A stretch of 64,000 bases of DNA from Candidatus Latescibacterota bacterium (GCA_965226795.1 CBDDDZ010000005.1:1152001-1216000); one strand, 5' to 3'; positions 39,338-49,929 are shown, numbered from the stretch's first letter. Notes: generated by a model not told the origin, from the letters alone. Numbers and translations: made by a program.

Positions 39338-40444
39338 ATGCCAAAGATCGTTAGGTGTGAGTTAACAGATAAAATTAACAACCTGAGTTCGATTAGTCGT
39401 TTGGAGCGGGATGAATTGGGAACTGCGTATCCCGATGATCTCTTTCTCTGCGCACTAGGTTTCGAGCCCCGGTGCTTGACGCTACCCTCGCGGCTGAATG
39501 ATGCCGGATATCAAACTACGAGGGCCTACTACTTCAAATACAGCACAAACTTAGAGGACAATGCAGTTAACCTTTCTGAGTTGGAACGGTGCTTATTAAG
39601 GATTGCACCAATCGCTGAGCCAATAGAAGCCGACACGTTGGACCTTCCCACAAAGCTCAGTTCACTGCTCGATCTGGCATTGGGCGATTCGGAGACAAGG
39701 CCGCTTAGGGTAACAATGGATATTAGTGTGGCCGCCAATCGACTCTTGCTCCGGTGTCTTAGGGTTCTATTGAGATATGATATACGTTTACGAGTCATTT
39801 ATTCCGAGGCAGCTGTCTACCACCCCACCAGAGAAGAGTATGAGAGAAACGCCGCCCAGTGGGAAAAAGCAGGATTACTTGGCTTAGAACGAGGTGTTAG
39901 CGATGTGATGCCAAGCATTGATCATCCGGGTGACGATTTGGACCCGCAGCCAGATTCTCTAATTCTCTTTCCAAGCTTTAAGGCTGACAGAAGCAAGGCC
40001 GTTATCAGTTCAGTTGACCCCTCACTATTGCAAAATCCCGGCGATAAGGTTATATGGCTGCCCGGTGTTCCTCATGTTGACAAAGACCGATGGCGTCTCG
40101 AAGCAATGAAGAGAATCAATGGTATTGGCGAGGGCACCCGCCACTTTGAGATAAGCACCTTCGACTACAAGCAGACATTGCAGTGCCTAGAGGGTCTACA
40201 TGCTGAATTGTCAGAGAAACGACGGATCACGGTATCCCCATTGGGGTCAAAAATGCAGGCACTTGGAACAGCGCTGTTCTGTTATATGCATCCGGACATA
40301 CGCGTTATTTTGTCAACTCCGATAGAGTATAACGCTACGCAGTATTCGGAGGGCTGCAAGGAGATATGGAAGATTGACTTCGGGCCTCTTAGGGAGCTAC
40401 GTGAGTGTTTGGACCAAGTGGGAACGCTTCAGATTGTCGATTGA
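39338..40444 (+). CDS. Hypothetical protein, possibly tandem CARF-like/Rossmann domains
   Basis: Third gene of the operon; LCALGFEPR, TMDISVAAN, YSEAAVY, TVSPLGSKMQALG. Confidence 0.7.
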   Translation: MPKIVRCELTDKINNLSSISRLERDELGTAYPDDLFLCALGFEPRCLTLPSRLNDAGYQTTRAYYFKYSTNLEDNAVNLSELERCLLRIAPIAEPIEADTLDLPTKLSSLLDLALGDSETRPLRVTMDISVAANRLLLRCLRVLLRYDIRLRVIYSEAAVYHPTREEYERNAAQWEKAGLLGLERGVSDVMPSIDHPGDDLDPQPDSLILFPSFKADRSKAVISSVDPSLLQNPGDKVIWLPGVPHVDKDRWRLEAMKRINGIGEGTRHFEISTFDYKQTLQCLEGLHAELSEKRRITVSPLGSKMQALGTALFCYMHPDIRVILSTPIEYNATQYSEGCKEIWKIDFGPLRELRECLDQVGTLQIVD

Positions 40445-40920
40445 ATCTCTCATTAAGGAAAGAACCAACTATTGCTTAACATCTTATACCTCTGCGCTAT
40501 AACGAAACGTGCGAATGGACAGAAGTCCCGTCTACAACAGTCAGGATTACCCAAATGGTAAAAAACAAAGGTACACAGCTTGCTACTGCCGATAGAGAGC
40601 GATAATTGTGGCTGCCTTACTTATTGGGATTCCTACCCTCGCTTCAAGATCGCCATCAGCCATCCATGAATTTCCTTTTCCGAATTGGTTAGGTTCGGGT
40701 GGCACCTCCGTCAATGGAGCCGCACCAACAGTAGAAGGCCCCCTAATAATTGATTAAGCATATGCGAAAAACCTTCCGGGATATCCTGCACGTGCAATCG
40801 TGGTCGCGCATTCGATCCACTGAAAAATTGAGGTGGAAATTCGGTTATTGGTGGCACTAACTCTGAACACGCATTGGCACTAATTTGAGGTCGACCTCGC
40901 ACCAGAACTGCGAATAGCCC

Positions 40921-42177
40921 TCACTCCCCCGTGTACCCCCGCGATGCCCAGACTTTTTTGGCCAGCTCTTTTGCGTCGTCTGACGGTTCGATTTCGCCAA
41001 GAATGCTGCTGGGCGGCTGTCCGTCCTTTTTGCGGGCGGGATCGGGCGACCAGTCGTCGTCTTCGTATCTTTTGCGCACCGATTCGTCGCGGAAGTCGGG
41101 CACTTCCATGGTGGCCGAGTCGTTCAGCGCGGAACGCCACGCCTGGATGCCGGCGATGCTCATGTCCAGGCCGCGATATACATCGAGATAGGGTGGCTCT
41201 CCGTTACGGATCGCCTCGGCAAAGTGGTAGGTGGTGAAAAAGTCGCCGCCGCCGTGTCCGGTGCGGGTTGCCCGGTTATGGTGGATGGGGAAGTCGGGGT
41301 TGTAGACCGTTTCGACCGGCTCGCCCCTGCGTTTTTCCCACGGTTCGTACCAGACGCGCAGCCGCTGTTTGTCGCCGTGACGGCAGTTCTCCATCACCCC
41401 CTTGTTGCCGTGGATGCGGACGTAGTTTCCGTGACCGCGCAGTCCGCCGTGCAGTGACTTCATCACCGCGTCGTTGTCCATCCGGCAGATGATCACCGCG
41501 GCGGTGTCCGAACGCCTCATGTGCAGCGTCTGGGCGGGGTCGGTGAAATCAAAGGGGATGACAAAGCCGTTCACCCTCGTGGGTCTGGTGTCTGTGATGT
41601 ACATCACCGGGGCGATGGAATGGGTGCAGTAGTACGTGGCGGGGATCCAGTTGCGCCAGTGGTCTCGGCCGCAACTTCGCGCCAGTTTCACCTCGGGCGG
41701 GTCCGGGTGGACGTATTCGCCCTCGCCGTATTTGAACTCACCCACGCGACCCTTCCGGTAGAGCCGCTTCATCTCCTGGTTAAAGACCATGTAGGGGTAA
41801 TTCTCGGCGAACATGTAGATCTTTCCGCTTTTTTCGACAGCCCTCGCCAGGGCCACGCCTTCGCCCAGCGTGTGGCAGGCCGAGGTCTCGCTCATCACGT
41901 GCTTTCCGGCGTTGAGCGCTTTTATGGCAAGCGGGGCGTGCTGGTGAAAATAGTTGGCCAGCACCACCGCGTCCATGTCGCAGCCGAGAAATTCGTCGTA
42001 ATCGACGCAGGTCCGTACATTCAGCGTCTCGCCTTCCGCGATCAGCCGCTCTTCCCAGGTGTCGCAGATGGCAACCAGTTCCATGCCGGTCGCTCCTGCC
42101 GCCCGCGTAAAGGACCGGCCTCGGCCGACGCCGACCACGCCGACCCGGATTCGCTGTTTGCCGCGCTTACTCGCCAT
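40921..42177 (-). CDS. Gfo/Idh/MocA family oxidoreductase
   Basis: VGVVGVGRG, GKHVMSE, FAENYPY, YGEGEYVH, YCTHS, GHGGGD. Confidence 0.9.
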   Translation of the reverse strand: MASKRGKQRIRVGVVGVGRGRSFTRAAGATGMELVAICDTWEERLIAEGETLNVRTCVDYDEFLGCDMDAVVLANYFHQHAPLAIKALNAGKHVMSETSACHTLGEGVALARAVEKSGKIYMFAENYPYMVFNQEMKRLYRKGRVGEFKYGEGEYVHPDPPEVKLARSCGRDHWRNWIPATYYCTHSIAPVMYITDTRPTRVNGFVIPFDFTDPAQTLHMRRSDTAAVIICRMDNDAVMKSLHGGLRGHGNYVRIHGNKGVMENCRHGDKQRLRVWYEPWEKRRGEPVETVYNPDFPIHHNRATRTGHGGGDFFTTYHFAEAIRNGEPPYLDVYRGLDMSIAGIQAWRSALNDSATMEVPDFRDESVRKRYEDDDWSPDPARKKDGQPPSSILGEIEPSDDAKELAKKVWASRGYTGE

Positions 42178-42422
42178 GATTCAATCCCTTGTTGTGTAGA
42201 TGGGCAGATTCGTGAAATCTGAAAGAACCATCCGGTCCCCAGGAAGATAGTTCGGATTCTCGCTGGTCGCGGGAAATTTACGACTGCGCCGCACCTGTCG
42301 CAAACTGAGTTTTTTCGTTACAATAATAGGTACCGCGTTAATTAAACCATAATGCGACCGTTCACGTCCAACCCAAATAGGACCGCAACGCACTCTTAAG
42401 ACCTTGACGAAGGCGAATTACG

Positions 42423-43241
42423 TTGGAAACCAGATCGGAATCAGAAAACAGACTGGCGCCGGCGGAACGTTATTTCTTCGACGTCAACGGCTACGTCCTG
42501 CTTCAAGGTATTTTCAGTCGGGCGGAATGTCGCCGTTTCATCGATCTCGCAGACCGGATGGACGCCGATGACGCGTGCGCATACAAGTACGACGGGTATC
42601 CGAAGACACCGACGCTTACGGTTCTCTCCCGATGCGTCTGGTATCATCCCCATCTGCTGGAAACGGCGATGCACCCGATCCTGTTACCCATCATTCAGGA
42701 CGTGGTGGGGGGTGAGGTGCGCCTCGAGGAGCATCAATACCTCATCAACTATCCGAATGATCCGGAAGACGAAATCGTCCCGCGCGCGCCTCACGTCGCG
42801 GATGAAGGCTGGCACCGGGGCATCGCCCCGAATGTCGGCAGCTTTGAAGCCAATGGGCACTATCACTGTATGTTCAGCAAAGCGTTCATCTACCTGACCG
42901 ACAACGGACCTGGGGAGGGCACGTGGGTAGTGCCGGGAAGCCATCGAATGAACATGCCCACCGGAACGTTGCGTGAGTTCATGGACGAGACCGTGGCGCG
43001 GCAACTGCAATCCCGTGCCGGGGACGTGCTCATCCTGAGCGAAACGCTGATACACGCCGGGCCCAGACTGACACCCGGCGCGCCGCCACGCTATTCGCTG
43101 GTCTATGGATACACGGCGCCGTTCATGCAGACGTGGAATCGCTATGACCCGCCGGCTGATCTGATTGAACGGGTGACGCCTGAACAGCGGCGCCTCCTGA
43201 CGGGTGAACTCCGATACGGATTTCGCCGGGGGCAATTCTGA
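42423..43241 (+). CDS. Phytanoyl-CoA dioxygenase (PhyH) family protein
   Basis: FFDVNGYV, GWHRG, YLTD, VVPGSH, AGDV...LIHAG...R. Confidence 0.85.
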   Translation: METRSESENRLAPAERYFFDVNGYVLLQGIFSRAECRRFIDLADRMDADDACAYKYDGYPKTPTLTVLSRCVWYHPHLLETAMHPILLPIIQDVVGGEVRLEEHQYLINYPNDPEDEIVPRAPHVADEGWHRGIAPNVGSFEANGHYHCMFSKAFIYLTDNGPGEGTWVVPGSHRMNMPTGTLREFMDETVARQLQSRAGDVLILSETLIHAGPRLTPGAPPRYSLVYGYTAPFMQTWNRYDPPADLIERVTPEQRRLLTGELRYGFRRGQF

Positions 43242-43456
43242 GTTGTGACGAAAACCCCCATGCATTCCGCTACCGATGTCGTGGCGGTCCGCGACCCGGA
43301 GCACCAGGATTGCATAACGCACGTTGTTTCTCAACTTCAGGTGTCTTGGAGGTTTTCACAGAACCCCACCGAGGTGTTACAAACGGCCGATCGGACTCTC
43401 TTCGTGCCACGCCTGACAGGATGAGCCATACCGCCGGCAGATGAGTCGTTCGATCG

Positions 43457-44194
43457 TCACAATGATGGGGTTCTACGTCCATAAGCCGCCGAATATTGCC
43501 GTTCGACCCGGCCGCTGGCCAGCAGGGTCCCGATAGTGATCAGCCAGAGGAAAAACGCAGTTCCAACCACCGGATGAATCCCGGTTGCCGCGCTGAGCCA
43601 GATGAATTGCATCGCGACGCCCAATGTCGCCGATACCGGCGCTATTCTTCTAAGGGTACCACCTACCCGCCACTGATATCGTGCGGCGACTGCCAGCGCG
43701 ATCCCGGCCGCGGAAAAACCCAGCTTGCCGGTTATCCACCGAAGGTTATACGACACGTTCAACGCGGTGGCTTCGGTCGCGGCAGTAAGGCCGCCGGCTG
43801 AAATGGCCTCTGGCACCAGCTGAGACGCTATAAGGATGGCAAAGGCTCCTGAAGCGACGGTGAAGCTACCCGAGAGAACGAACAGATACGGGACGATCGG
43901 CGTTGCCCAGCGCCCACGGATGATCCAGGTATGCAGCAACAACCAACCTGCCACGAGCATCGTCAATCCGGAAATCGCGCGGGCAATTCCCGAGACGATG
44001 TACATCATGGGGTGTTCTGCGACAGATTGAAGAGACTTCAACAGCGGTGCCTGGTCGGCGTCGGCAGTCACTCTTGTGTAAACCATCGCGACTGTAAAGA
44101 GCGCGGTTAGCAGCAAGAGGACGCCGGAGCACCGAGCCGCGCGGTCGGGGAGATTTTCCGCCGCTGGAGTGGCCGTTGCGATTTCATCCGACAT
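43457..44194 (-). CDS. Hypothetical membrane protein
   Basis: GGAGG SD, about 6 TM segments. Confidence 0.7.
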   Translation of the reverse strand: MSDEIATATPAAENLPDRAARCSGVLLLLTALFTVAMVYTRVTADADQAPLLKSLQSVAEHPMMYIVSGIARAISGLTMLVAGWLLLHTWIIRGRWATPIVPYLFVLSGSFTVASGAFAILIASQLVPEAISAGGLTAATEATALNVSYNLRWITGKLGFSAAGIALAVAARYQWRVGGTLRRIAPVSATLGVAMQFIWLSAATGIHPVVGTAFFLWLITIGTLLASGRVERQYSAAYGRRTPSL

Positions 44195-44582
44195 ATCGAT
44201 ATCCTCCCGTTAGTGGATTTCGCCAGAATTGAAATGGACTGCTACGCTGACTCGCATCACACGTTTGCTCGACCTTCACACGATATTGCCATTGAAACCG
44301 CTCTCATCTTTCGGAGTTTCATATCGTTTTATATCGGTATTGTGCATCGAAACGTCAAGAGCTACATTGATGGTACGGACACAAGCAGAGTCCGCGGCGG
44401 CGTTCGCGGATGGCTGTCACCAATGCCGGTCCGGGGTTGGACGTACGGTCTTTTCTGATGCCTCGGCCCCGGGCCGCCGTACTACGGTTTAATAATCATC
44501 GTTAAGGACCAGTTGGCTCTTCGCCTCTCGCAACGCGCCCGCGGCGATCGGGTAGCCGGCACAGCAGAGGAGGCTTGCGCAC

Positions 44583-45731
44583 ATGGCACCGGAAAAACGG
44601 TTAGCCATCCAGTCAGAGCTCGTTCGCTGGCTCGTCGTCATCGTGTCTGTATACGTGCTGCTTGTGGCCGTTGGCCTGATCGGCAAAGGCTTTCGTACGG
44701 AATTCGGCGATGCGGAGGGCGTCGGATCCCTGTTCGCACTTGCGACCAACCCGTTCGTCGGACTGGTTCTCGGCATACTGGCGACCGCATTGCTCCAATC
44801 TTCCAGCACCGTTACATCCATCATCGTCGGTCTTGTAGCGGGGGGAATGCCCATTGCCGTGGCGATACCGATGGTAATGGGTGCCAATGTCGGGACAACG
44901 GTAACCAACACGCTTGTCAGTTTCGGTCATGTGGGTCGGGCGGGGGAGTTCAGAAAAGCGTTTGCGGCCGCCACCGTACACGATTTTTTCAATATTCTGA
45001 GCATCCTGGTATTCCTGCCGTTGGAATTCGCGTTCGGTTTTCTTGAAAAACTGAGCGGCGTGATGACCCATTTTATCGAGAACATCGGGACTGTTGATAC
45101 AGGTGGAAAGGGCATATTCAAGGTCGTCATCGGTTTCGGTATCGGGCTTGTTGAGTCGCTCTCATCCTGGCTCCCCGACGTGTGGGCCGGTCTGGTTCTG
45201 ATCGTCGCGGGAATCGCGCTCATTCTGCTCTCGATCATGTATCTTGGCATTGCGCTGAAAAGCGTGTTCGTAGGCAAGGCCCGGAAGTACCTGCAGGCAG
45301 CCGTCGGCAAGGGTCCGATAACCGGCATATTCTCCGGCACTCTGGTTACAGTGCTTGTGCAGTCGTCCTCGACCACAACAAGCATCATCGTGCCTCTGGC
45401 AGGATCAGGCGTAATCGGGCTTCGCCAGGTCTACCCATTCACGCTCGGCGCCAACATCGGGACGACGATCACCGCGCTTCTCGCAGCGACCGCGATAACG
45501 GGTGCCGCCCATGCCGTCGCGCACCAGATCGCGATTGCCCACTTTCTCTACAATCTGCTGGGCGTTATCGTCATCTATGGCATCCCCTGGCTGCGGGAGA
45601 TTCCGATCACGGGAGCCGAGCGGCTTGCAAGGATCGGAAGTGAACGGAAATGGTTGGCCATCGTATACATTATCTGCGCATTTTTCGTCATTCCGGCAGC
45701 GCTCGTGTTTGCCAGCGCGTGGCTGTCCTGA
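44583..45731 (+). CDS. Na+/phosphate symporter (NptA/SLC34 family)
   Basis: Duplicated QSSS motifs, MGANVGTTVTN, AATVHDFFN, LGANIGTTIT. Confidence 0.93.
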   Translation: MAPEKRLAIQSELVRWLVVIVSVYVLLVAVGLIGKGFRTEFGDAEGVGSLFALATNPFVGLVLGILATALLQSSSTVTSIIVGLVAGGMPIAVAIPMVMGANVGTTVTNTLVSFGHVGRAGEFRKAFAAATVHDFFNILSILVFLPLEFAFGFLEKLSGVMTHFIENIGTVDTGGKGIFKVVIGFGIGLVESLSSWLPDVWAGLVLIVAGIALILLSIMYLGIALKSVFVGKARKYLQAAVGKGPITGIFSGTLVTVLVQSSSTTTSIIVPLAGSGVIGLRQVYPFTLGANIGTTITALLAATAITGAAHAVAHQIAIAHFLYNLLGVIVIYGIPWLREIPITGAERLARIGSERKWLAIVYIICAFFVIPAALVFASAWLS

Positions 45732-46030
45732 CCGCTGCGTGCTAAAGGGAGATCCTTTCCGACACGGTCCTGCCCGGGTACCTGCACGCCCGGGCCGACT
45801 TCGACCAGAACATCAAGACATTTTTGGGACCGAAGCTGACCTGCTCGATGATGGGCGTCATCGAATCCGGTGGTGATTCTCGTGGCGCCCGCTTCACGAA
45901 AGGGCCTCGGATTCCCCAACCGCGAGATGTTCACGGGCTCGTTGTGAGGACTGCGTGGCGAGTCGGGCCGTTGCTTCTTCCTGCAAGAAGCAGTGTCCTG
46001 TCAATCGACTGGAAAGCAGGTATGTGCCTT

Positions 46031-47059
46031 ATGTCTTATGGTGTCGCAGTTCTGGGAACCGGCCGCATCGGCGGCAGGTACATCGACGTGGTGAAAAAGA
46101 CGCCCGGCGCGGAAATCAGGGTGGTCGCCGAGCCCAGGGAAGATGCCGCCGCGACGTGGCGGAGCCGGCATCCCGACGTCGGGTTTGTCTCCGACTATCG
46201 GGAAACTCTGGAACGCGACGACGTTGACGTCGTCATCGGGACGCTGCCGCACTGGCTCCATTACCAGGCCGCGCTTGACGCCGCGGCCGCCGGAAAACAC
46301 ATCTACATGGAGAAACCGCTCGCAGCCTGGGCGTGGCAGGCGGAGGAAATGCTCGCCGCGGCCCGGGAGAATGGCGTCAAGCTCATGACCGCGCACACCC
46401 AGCGTTACTTCCCGGCGGTAAAGGCGATGAAGGGCGTCGTCGACAGCGGTGACCTGGGTTCGGTGATCATGGCCTATGACATGTGGCACAAGCTTTACGT
46501 TCCCTACAACCGTCCGGAGTGGATGCTGGACCGCGAACGGGGCGGCGGTATGGGCCAGATGGACGGCACCCACCAGATCGACCGGCTGCTCTGGATCATC
46601 GGGGACGACGTCGCCACCGTTTCGGCGCGGCAGGGGCAGTTCACCTACCCGAAATCGGAGCATCCTGCGATCGACTGCGACGATACGGGCATGTACTTTA
46701 TCCGATGGAAGAGCGGCATCGTGGCGACGGTCTGCCGCATCGCGTGGGAACACGGCGGCACGGAATACGGCGGCGACTGGTTCTTCACCGGTGGCATGGC
46801 GCGCTTCCGGTTGCCATACGGCGGGGGAGATCCGCCGGCTTTATTCATCGCCGACACGGGCGGCGGTACCTGGCGGCGTGAGACCGTGCCGGTTCGCGAC
46901 AGCCTGCTGGACGAGTTCACCGAGTTTATCGAATCGCTTCAACGAGGCGACGACGATACGCCGATACCCCAGGTTCACGGGTTGAACGTCCTTAAGGTGC
47001 TGGAAGCAACAGAAGCATCCGCGCGTACCGGTCGGGAAGTGGTTTTGGATCTGGAATAA
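46031..47059 (+). CDS. Gfo/Idh/MocA family oxidoreductase
   Basis: VAVLGTGRIG, GKHIYMEKPLA, GGGMGQMDGTHQID. Confidence 0.9.
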   Translation: MSYGVAVLGTGRIGGRYIDVVKKTPGAEIRVVAEPREDAAATWRSRHPDVGFVSDYRETLERDDVDVVIGTLPHWLHYQAALDAAAAGKHIYMEKPLAAWAWQAEEMLAAARENGVKLMTAHTQRYFPAVKAMKGVVDSGDLGSVIMAYDMWHKLYVPYNRPEWMLDRERGGGMGQMDGTHQIDRLLWIIGDDVATVSARQGQFTYPKSEHPAIDCDDTGMYFIRWKSGIVATVCRIAWEHGGTEYGGDWFFTGGMARFRLPYGGGDPPALFIADTGGGTWRRETVPVRDSLLDEFTEFIESLQRGDDDTPIPQVHGLNVLKVLEATEASARTGREVVLDLE

Positions 47060-47074
47060 AGATGGGAGGTTAAA

Positions 47075-47827
47075 ATGAACAAAATACGCACATTTTTCGA
47101 GGAAAACGGGTACTACCTGGCCAAATGCGTCTTTTCGCCAGACGAATTGGGCCGGCTTGAAGACGAATTTGATCGAATTGTACAACAACTCGACGAACAC
47201 GACGACAGCGGCGCCTCGAACAATAACGGTGTCATCAATACACGCAATGTGCAGCAGTATTCGGGGCTATGGATGGCGTCCCTGCTTCACGAAAAGTTCC
47301 TCGACATTGTTGAAAAGCTCATCGGTCCCGACATCGTTCTCAACCATACCACGCTCTTTGAGAAGCGGATGACAACTGCTCCAACACCCTTCCGGATGCA
47401 CCAGGACTGGAGCTATCTGCCAACCCGGATGAACACAATGATTGCAGGAATGATCCATGTCAGCGAAGCCACGGCGGAAATGGGCTGCCTCAGAGTCTAT
47501 CCCGGCTCGCACAGACACGGCCGGGTGGAAGGCTCTACTGCCGTTAATGCCGCGTTCCACAAACAGTTCCCATTTGAAGGCGCCACGGCGATTGAAGCCC
47601 AGCCGGGTGACGTCACCTTCTTCGATTACTTCATCGTACATGGTTCGACGTCCAACCGCTCTGAAACGCCACGGAAGGTGGTGATTGCGCGGATGTTTTC
47701 CGGCAGGGACGAAAAGGAGGACATCTACCAGTTCAGCGAAAATCTGGTGTTGCGCGGATGGAACTACCATACGACCTCAGCCACGGCCAGGAAAACAGTT
47801 TCGAGGCCTGCAAAGTACAACGCCTGA
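47075..47827 (+). CDS. Phytanoyl-CoA dioxygenase (PhyH) family protein
   Basis: FFEENGY, MHQD, GCLRVYPGSH, PGDV...VHGS..N...R. Confidence 0.9.
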   Translation: MNKIRTFFEENGYYLAKCVFSPDELGRLEDEFDRIVQQLDEHDDSGASNNNGVINTRNVQQYSGLWMASLLHEKFLDIVEKLIGPDIVLNHTTLFEKRMTTAPTPFRMHQDWSYLPTRMNTMIAGMIHVSEATAEMGCLRVYPGSHRHGRVEGSTAVNAAFHKQFPFEGATAIEAQPGDVTFFDYFIVHGSTSNRSETPRKVVIARMFSGRDEKEDIYQFSENLVLRGWNYHTTSATARKTVSRPAKYNA

Positions 47828-48164
47828 CTTGCCTTGTCGACCGCCTCTGGCCGGACAGCTGCGTGCACCCCTTTTTTGGTCAGTCTCATTTTAGATTAGC
47901 TGATCCACAAGTCGGTTCGCCCACCCGATTGCATCACATCCAATTGCAACCGACGGATGAACTATTAAATTCTTAGTTGACCAAGTGATAATAAATCGAT
48001 ATATTAAATTATTAATAGATACAATGCGAAGCCGGGGATGCCGATCCCTGCCCCGGCCCCTCCCCGACACGGGGAGGGGAGGGATGATCCCGTCTCTCGA
48101 CAGGTTCAAGATCCCGGATCAATGATGTTCGTTGCGCGCGTTGCTTGCGCTGCCTGTTCTGCTG

Positions 48165-48200
48165 GCGCTGAGCTTGTCGAAGCGCGCCTGTCGAAGCGAG
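48165..48200. repeat. Partial TCGA-core REP-like repeat
   Basis: GCTGAGCTTGTCGAAGCGCGCCTGTCGAAGCG. Confidence 0.6.
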
Positions 48201-48252
48201 CTTTTCAAAGCGAGCTTACCATAGCGGTAAGCCAAACCGAAGGAGGTTCAGG

Positions 48253-49803
48253 ATGAAGCCTATAAGCCTCTCATTCTTCGCGTTTTTACTGTTTGGAACG
48301 CTCACGGCGAAGGCGACGCTAACGTTGGACGGCGCATCCACGGACAGTACGATCACCATCAAATATGACGTTGCGGAGTCATCGCACGTACAGATAAAGG
48401 TATCTTCGACAGTGGGCGTGCACGCCGCACCGAAATACGGATTCCAGGCGCCCGGGAACTATACGATCGTAGTGGACAAATCCGGATTTCCCAGGGAGGA
48501 TTACTCTGTAAGGCTGATACTGGATCACGATCGGAAAAAGGTCACCCGGCGGAGCTTCTTCCACAGCCCTTCGGGAAGGCCGGTTACCCAGACCAGTGAA
48601 GAACGGGATCTGTATAATCGATGCTATGCCGTCACCGGATTCGACCAGAAACAGGCCGTCGAACTCTGGAATGAACTCCTCACCCGTTATCCGGACTACG
48701 TGGAAAGGGGCGTCGCTTTTCTCTATTCCATCATGGCCAGGATTCCAGCAACCGACAGCGTCGACGTCCACGCGGCCGCAGACAGCGCGGCGGCGATAAT
48801 CCCGCATTCCGGAACATATCGCATAATCGGTCGTATTCTGAGCGGATTGGATGGTCCTCCTGGCGTGGAGGCAAAGTACCCTCGGATTGCATTGGTATTT
48901 GCCGATATGGCCGTAAAGCACATTGGCGATGTACCAGAACCATACCGCAACGAGGCGCTATATCGATACCAGTCTCTCAGGGGCCACTGCCTGCATCTCC
49001 TGGGCAGATTCCCAGAGGCCGAGAACGCTTACATCGAGGCCATCAGGATTCTTGAATCGCCGGGGGATGCCGGCACTTTCTCAGATTTCCGGGACGGCGA
49101 TTGGGCGTACCGGGGTCTCGCGTCGCTTCATGAACAGAGAGGCATGCACGCGGAAGCGATCGAATTGTACGAAAAGGCCATTAAGGATGACCCCAGGGAT
49201 CCTGATCTCTGGATGGCCTTACAGCGCAACTTCAACCTTGTCCATGGGTCCAACAGGGGTTATGTGGCATACAGCCGGAAACTCGAGGCTGAAATACGGG
49301 GCGACGCGCCGGAGAATAATGATGACCTCGTGGGCGAGCCCCTTCCTGGATTCGCACTGACGCGATTGGACGGGGACACCTTGACCCTTGAGCAGGTCAA
49401 GGGAAACGTGAGCGTCCTGAACTTCTGGGCTTTCTGGTGCGCGCCCTGCATGGCTGAGTTGTCCACTATGGCTCGCCTTTCGAGGGAAGTATCCGCCCGC
49501 GGGGTGAAGGTAATCGCCGTTCACACGCCACTGGAGTACGTTCCTGGCATCACAAAAAAGGAGTTCCCGGAAATTGTTAAAAACGCCGTGAGGAAGTACG
49601 AGGGCTCGTTCGATACCGTCTGGGACAGCAAGGAACAGAACTTCTCAGTGCGATCCGGGATCAGATCCCTGCCGGTAACGCTGGTCGCGGACAAAGAGGG
49701 GATCGTCAGATACCGGGTCGTCGGTTTCGATCCCGAAAACGCCTACCGGAAACTCAAGGCGGTTGTGGATAGCCTGAACGTCTTATCGTCCGCTCTCCGG
49801 TAG
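48253..49803 (+). CDS. Exported TPR-repeat protein with a C-terminal TlpA/redoxin domain
   Basis: Signal peptide; TPR-like LGRFPEAENAYIEAI and AIELYEKAIKDDP; LNFWAFWCAPC; SLPVTLVADKEG. Confidence 0.85.
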   Translation: MKPISLSFFAFLLFGTLTAKATLTLDGASTDSTITIKYDVAESSHVQIKVSSTVGVHAAPKYGFQAPGNYTIVVDKSGFPREDYSVRLILDHDRKKVTRRSFFHSPSGRPVTQTSEERDLYNRCYAVTGFDQKQAVELWNELLTRYPDYVERGVAFLYSIMARIPATDSVDVHAAADSAAAIIPHSGTYRIIGRILSGLDGPPGVEAKYPRIALVFADMAVKHIGDVPEPYRNEALYRYQSLRGHCLHLLGRFPEAENAYIEAIRILESPGDAGTFSDFRDGDWAYRGLASLHEQRGMHAEAIELYEKAIKDDPRDPDLWMALQRNFNLVHGSNRGYVAYSRKLEAEIRGDAPENNDDLVGEPLPGFALTRLDGDTLTLEQVKGNVSVLNFWAFWCAPCMAELSTMARLSREVSARGVKVIAVHTPLEYVPGITKKEFPEIVKNAVRKYEGSFDTVWDSKEQNFSVRSGIRSLPVTLVADKEGIVRYRVVGFDPENAYRKLKAVVDSLNVLSSALR

Positions 49804-49929
49804 TCCTACGGGACGGTGCAGATCGAAGGCAAACGGCGAAGACTCGCCACGCCAACTCTTCAGTGTTCCTCGGCTTTCGTCCCAAAACGGTAGCGTTCGG
49901 TAGATATGCCGGATACGGATCGAAATTGA

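Larger units (their letters stand above)
35000..40920. other. Low-GC accessory island between convergent host genes
   Basis: Composition is visibly AT-richer, with many A/T-ending codons and few spurious ORFs on other frames, unlike the flanks. No integrase or att site recognised. Confidence 0.75.

Noticed and set aside
35541..40444. Calling the island a canonical Druantia system
   Set aside because: No DruE helicase (DEAH/DUF1998) or DruB-D-like genes are present; only DruA is recognisable.
35000..40920. att sites or target duplications bounding the island
   Set aside because: No convincing direct repeat at the two ends and no integrase. The short GGCACTAA repeats near 40853-40883 are too weak to call.
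43270..43334. Minus-strand peptide ILVLRVADRHDI resembling a RelE toxin C-terminus
   Set aside because: Too short, with no upstream RelE motifs or antitoxin; could be chance.
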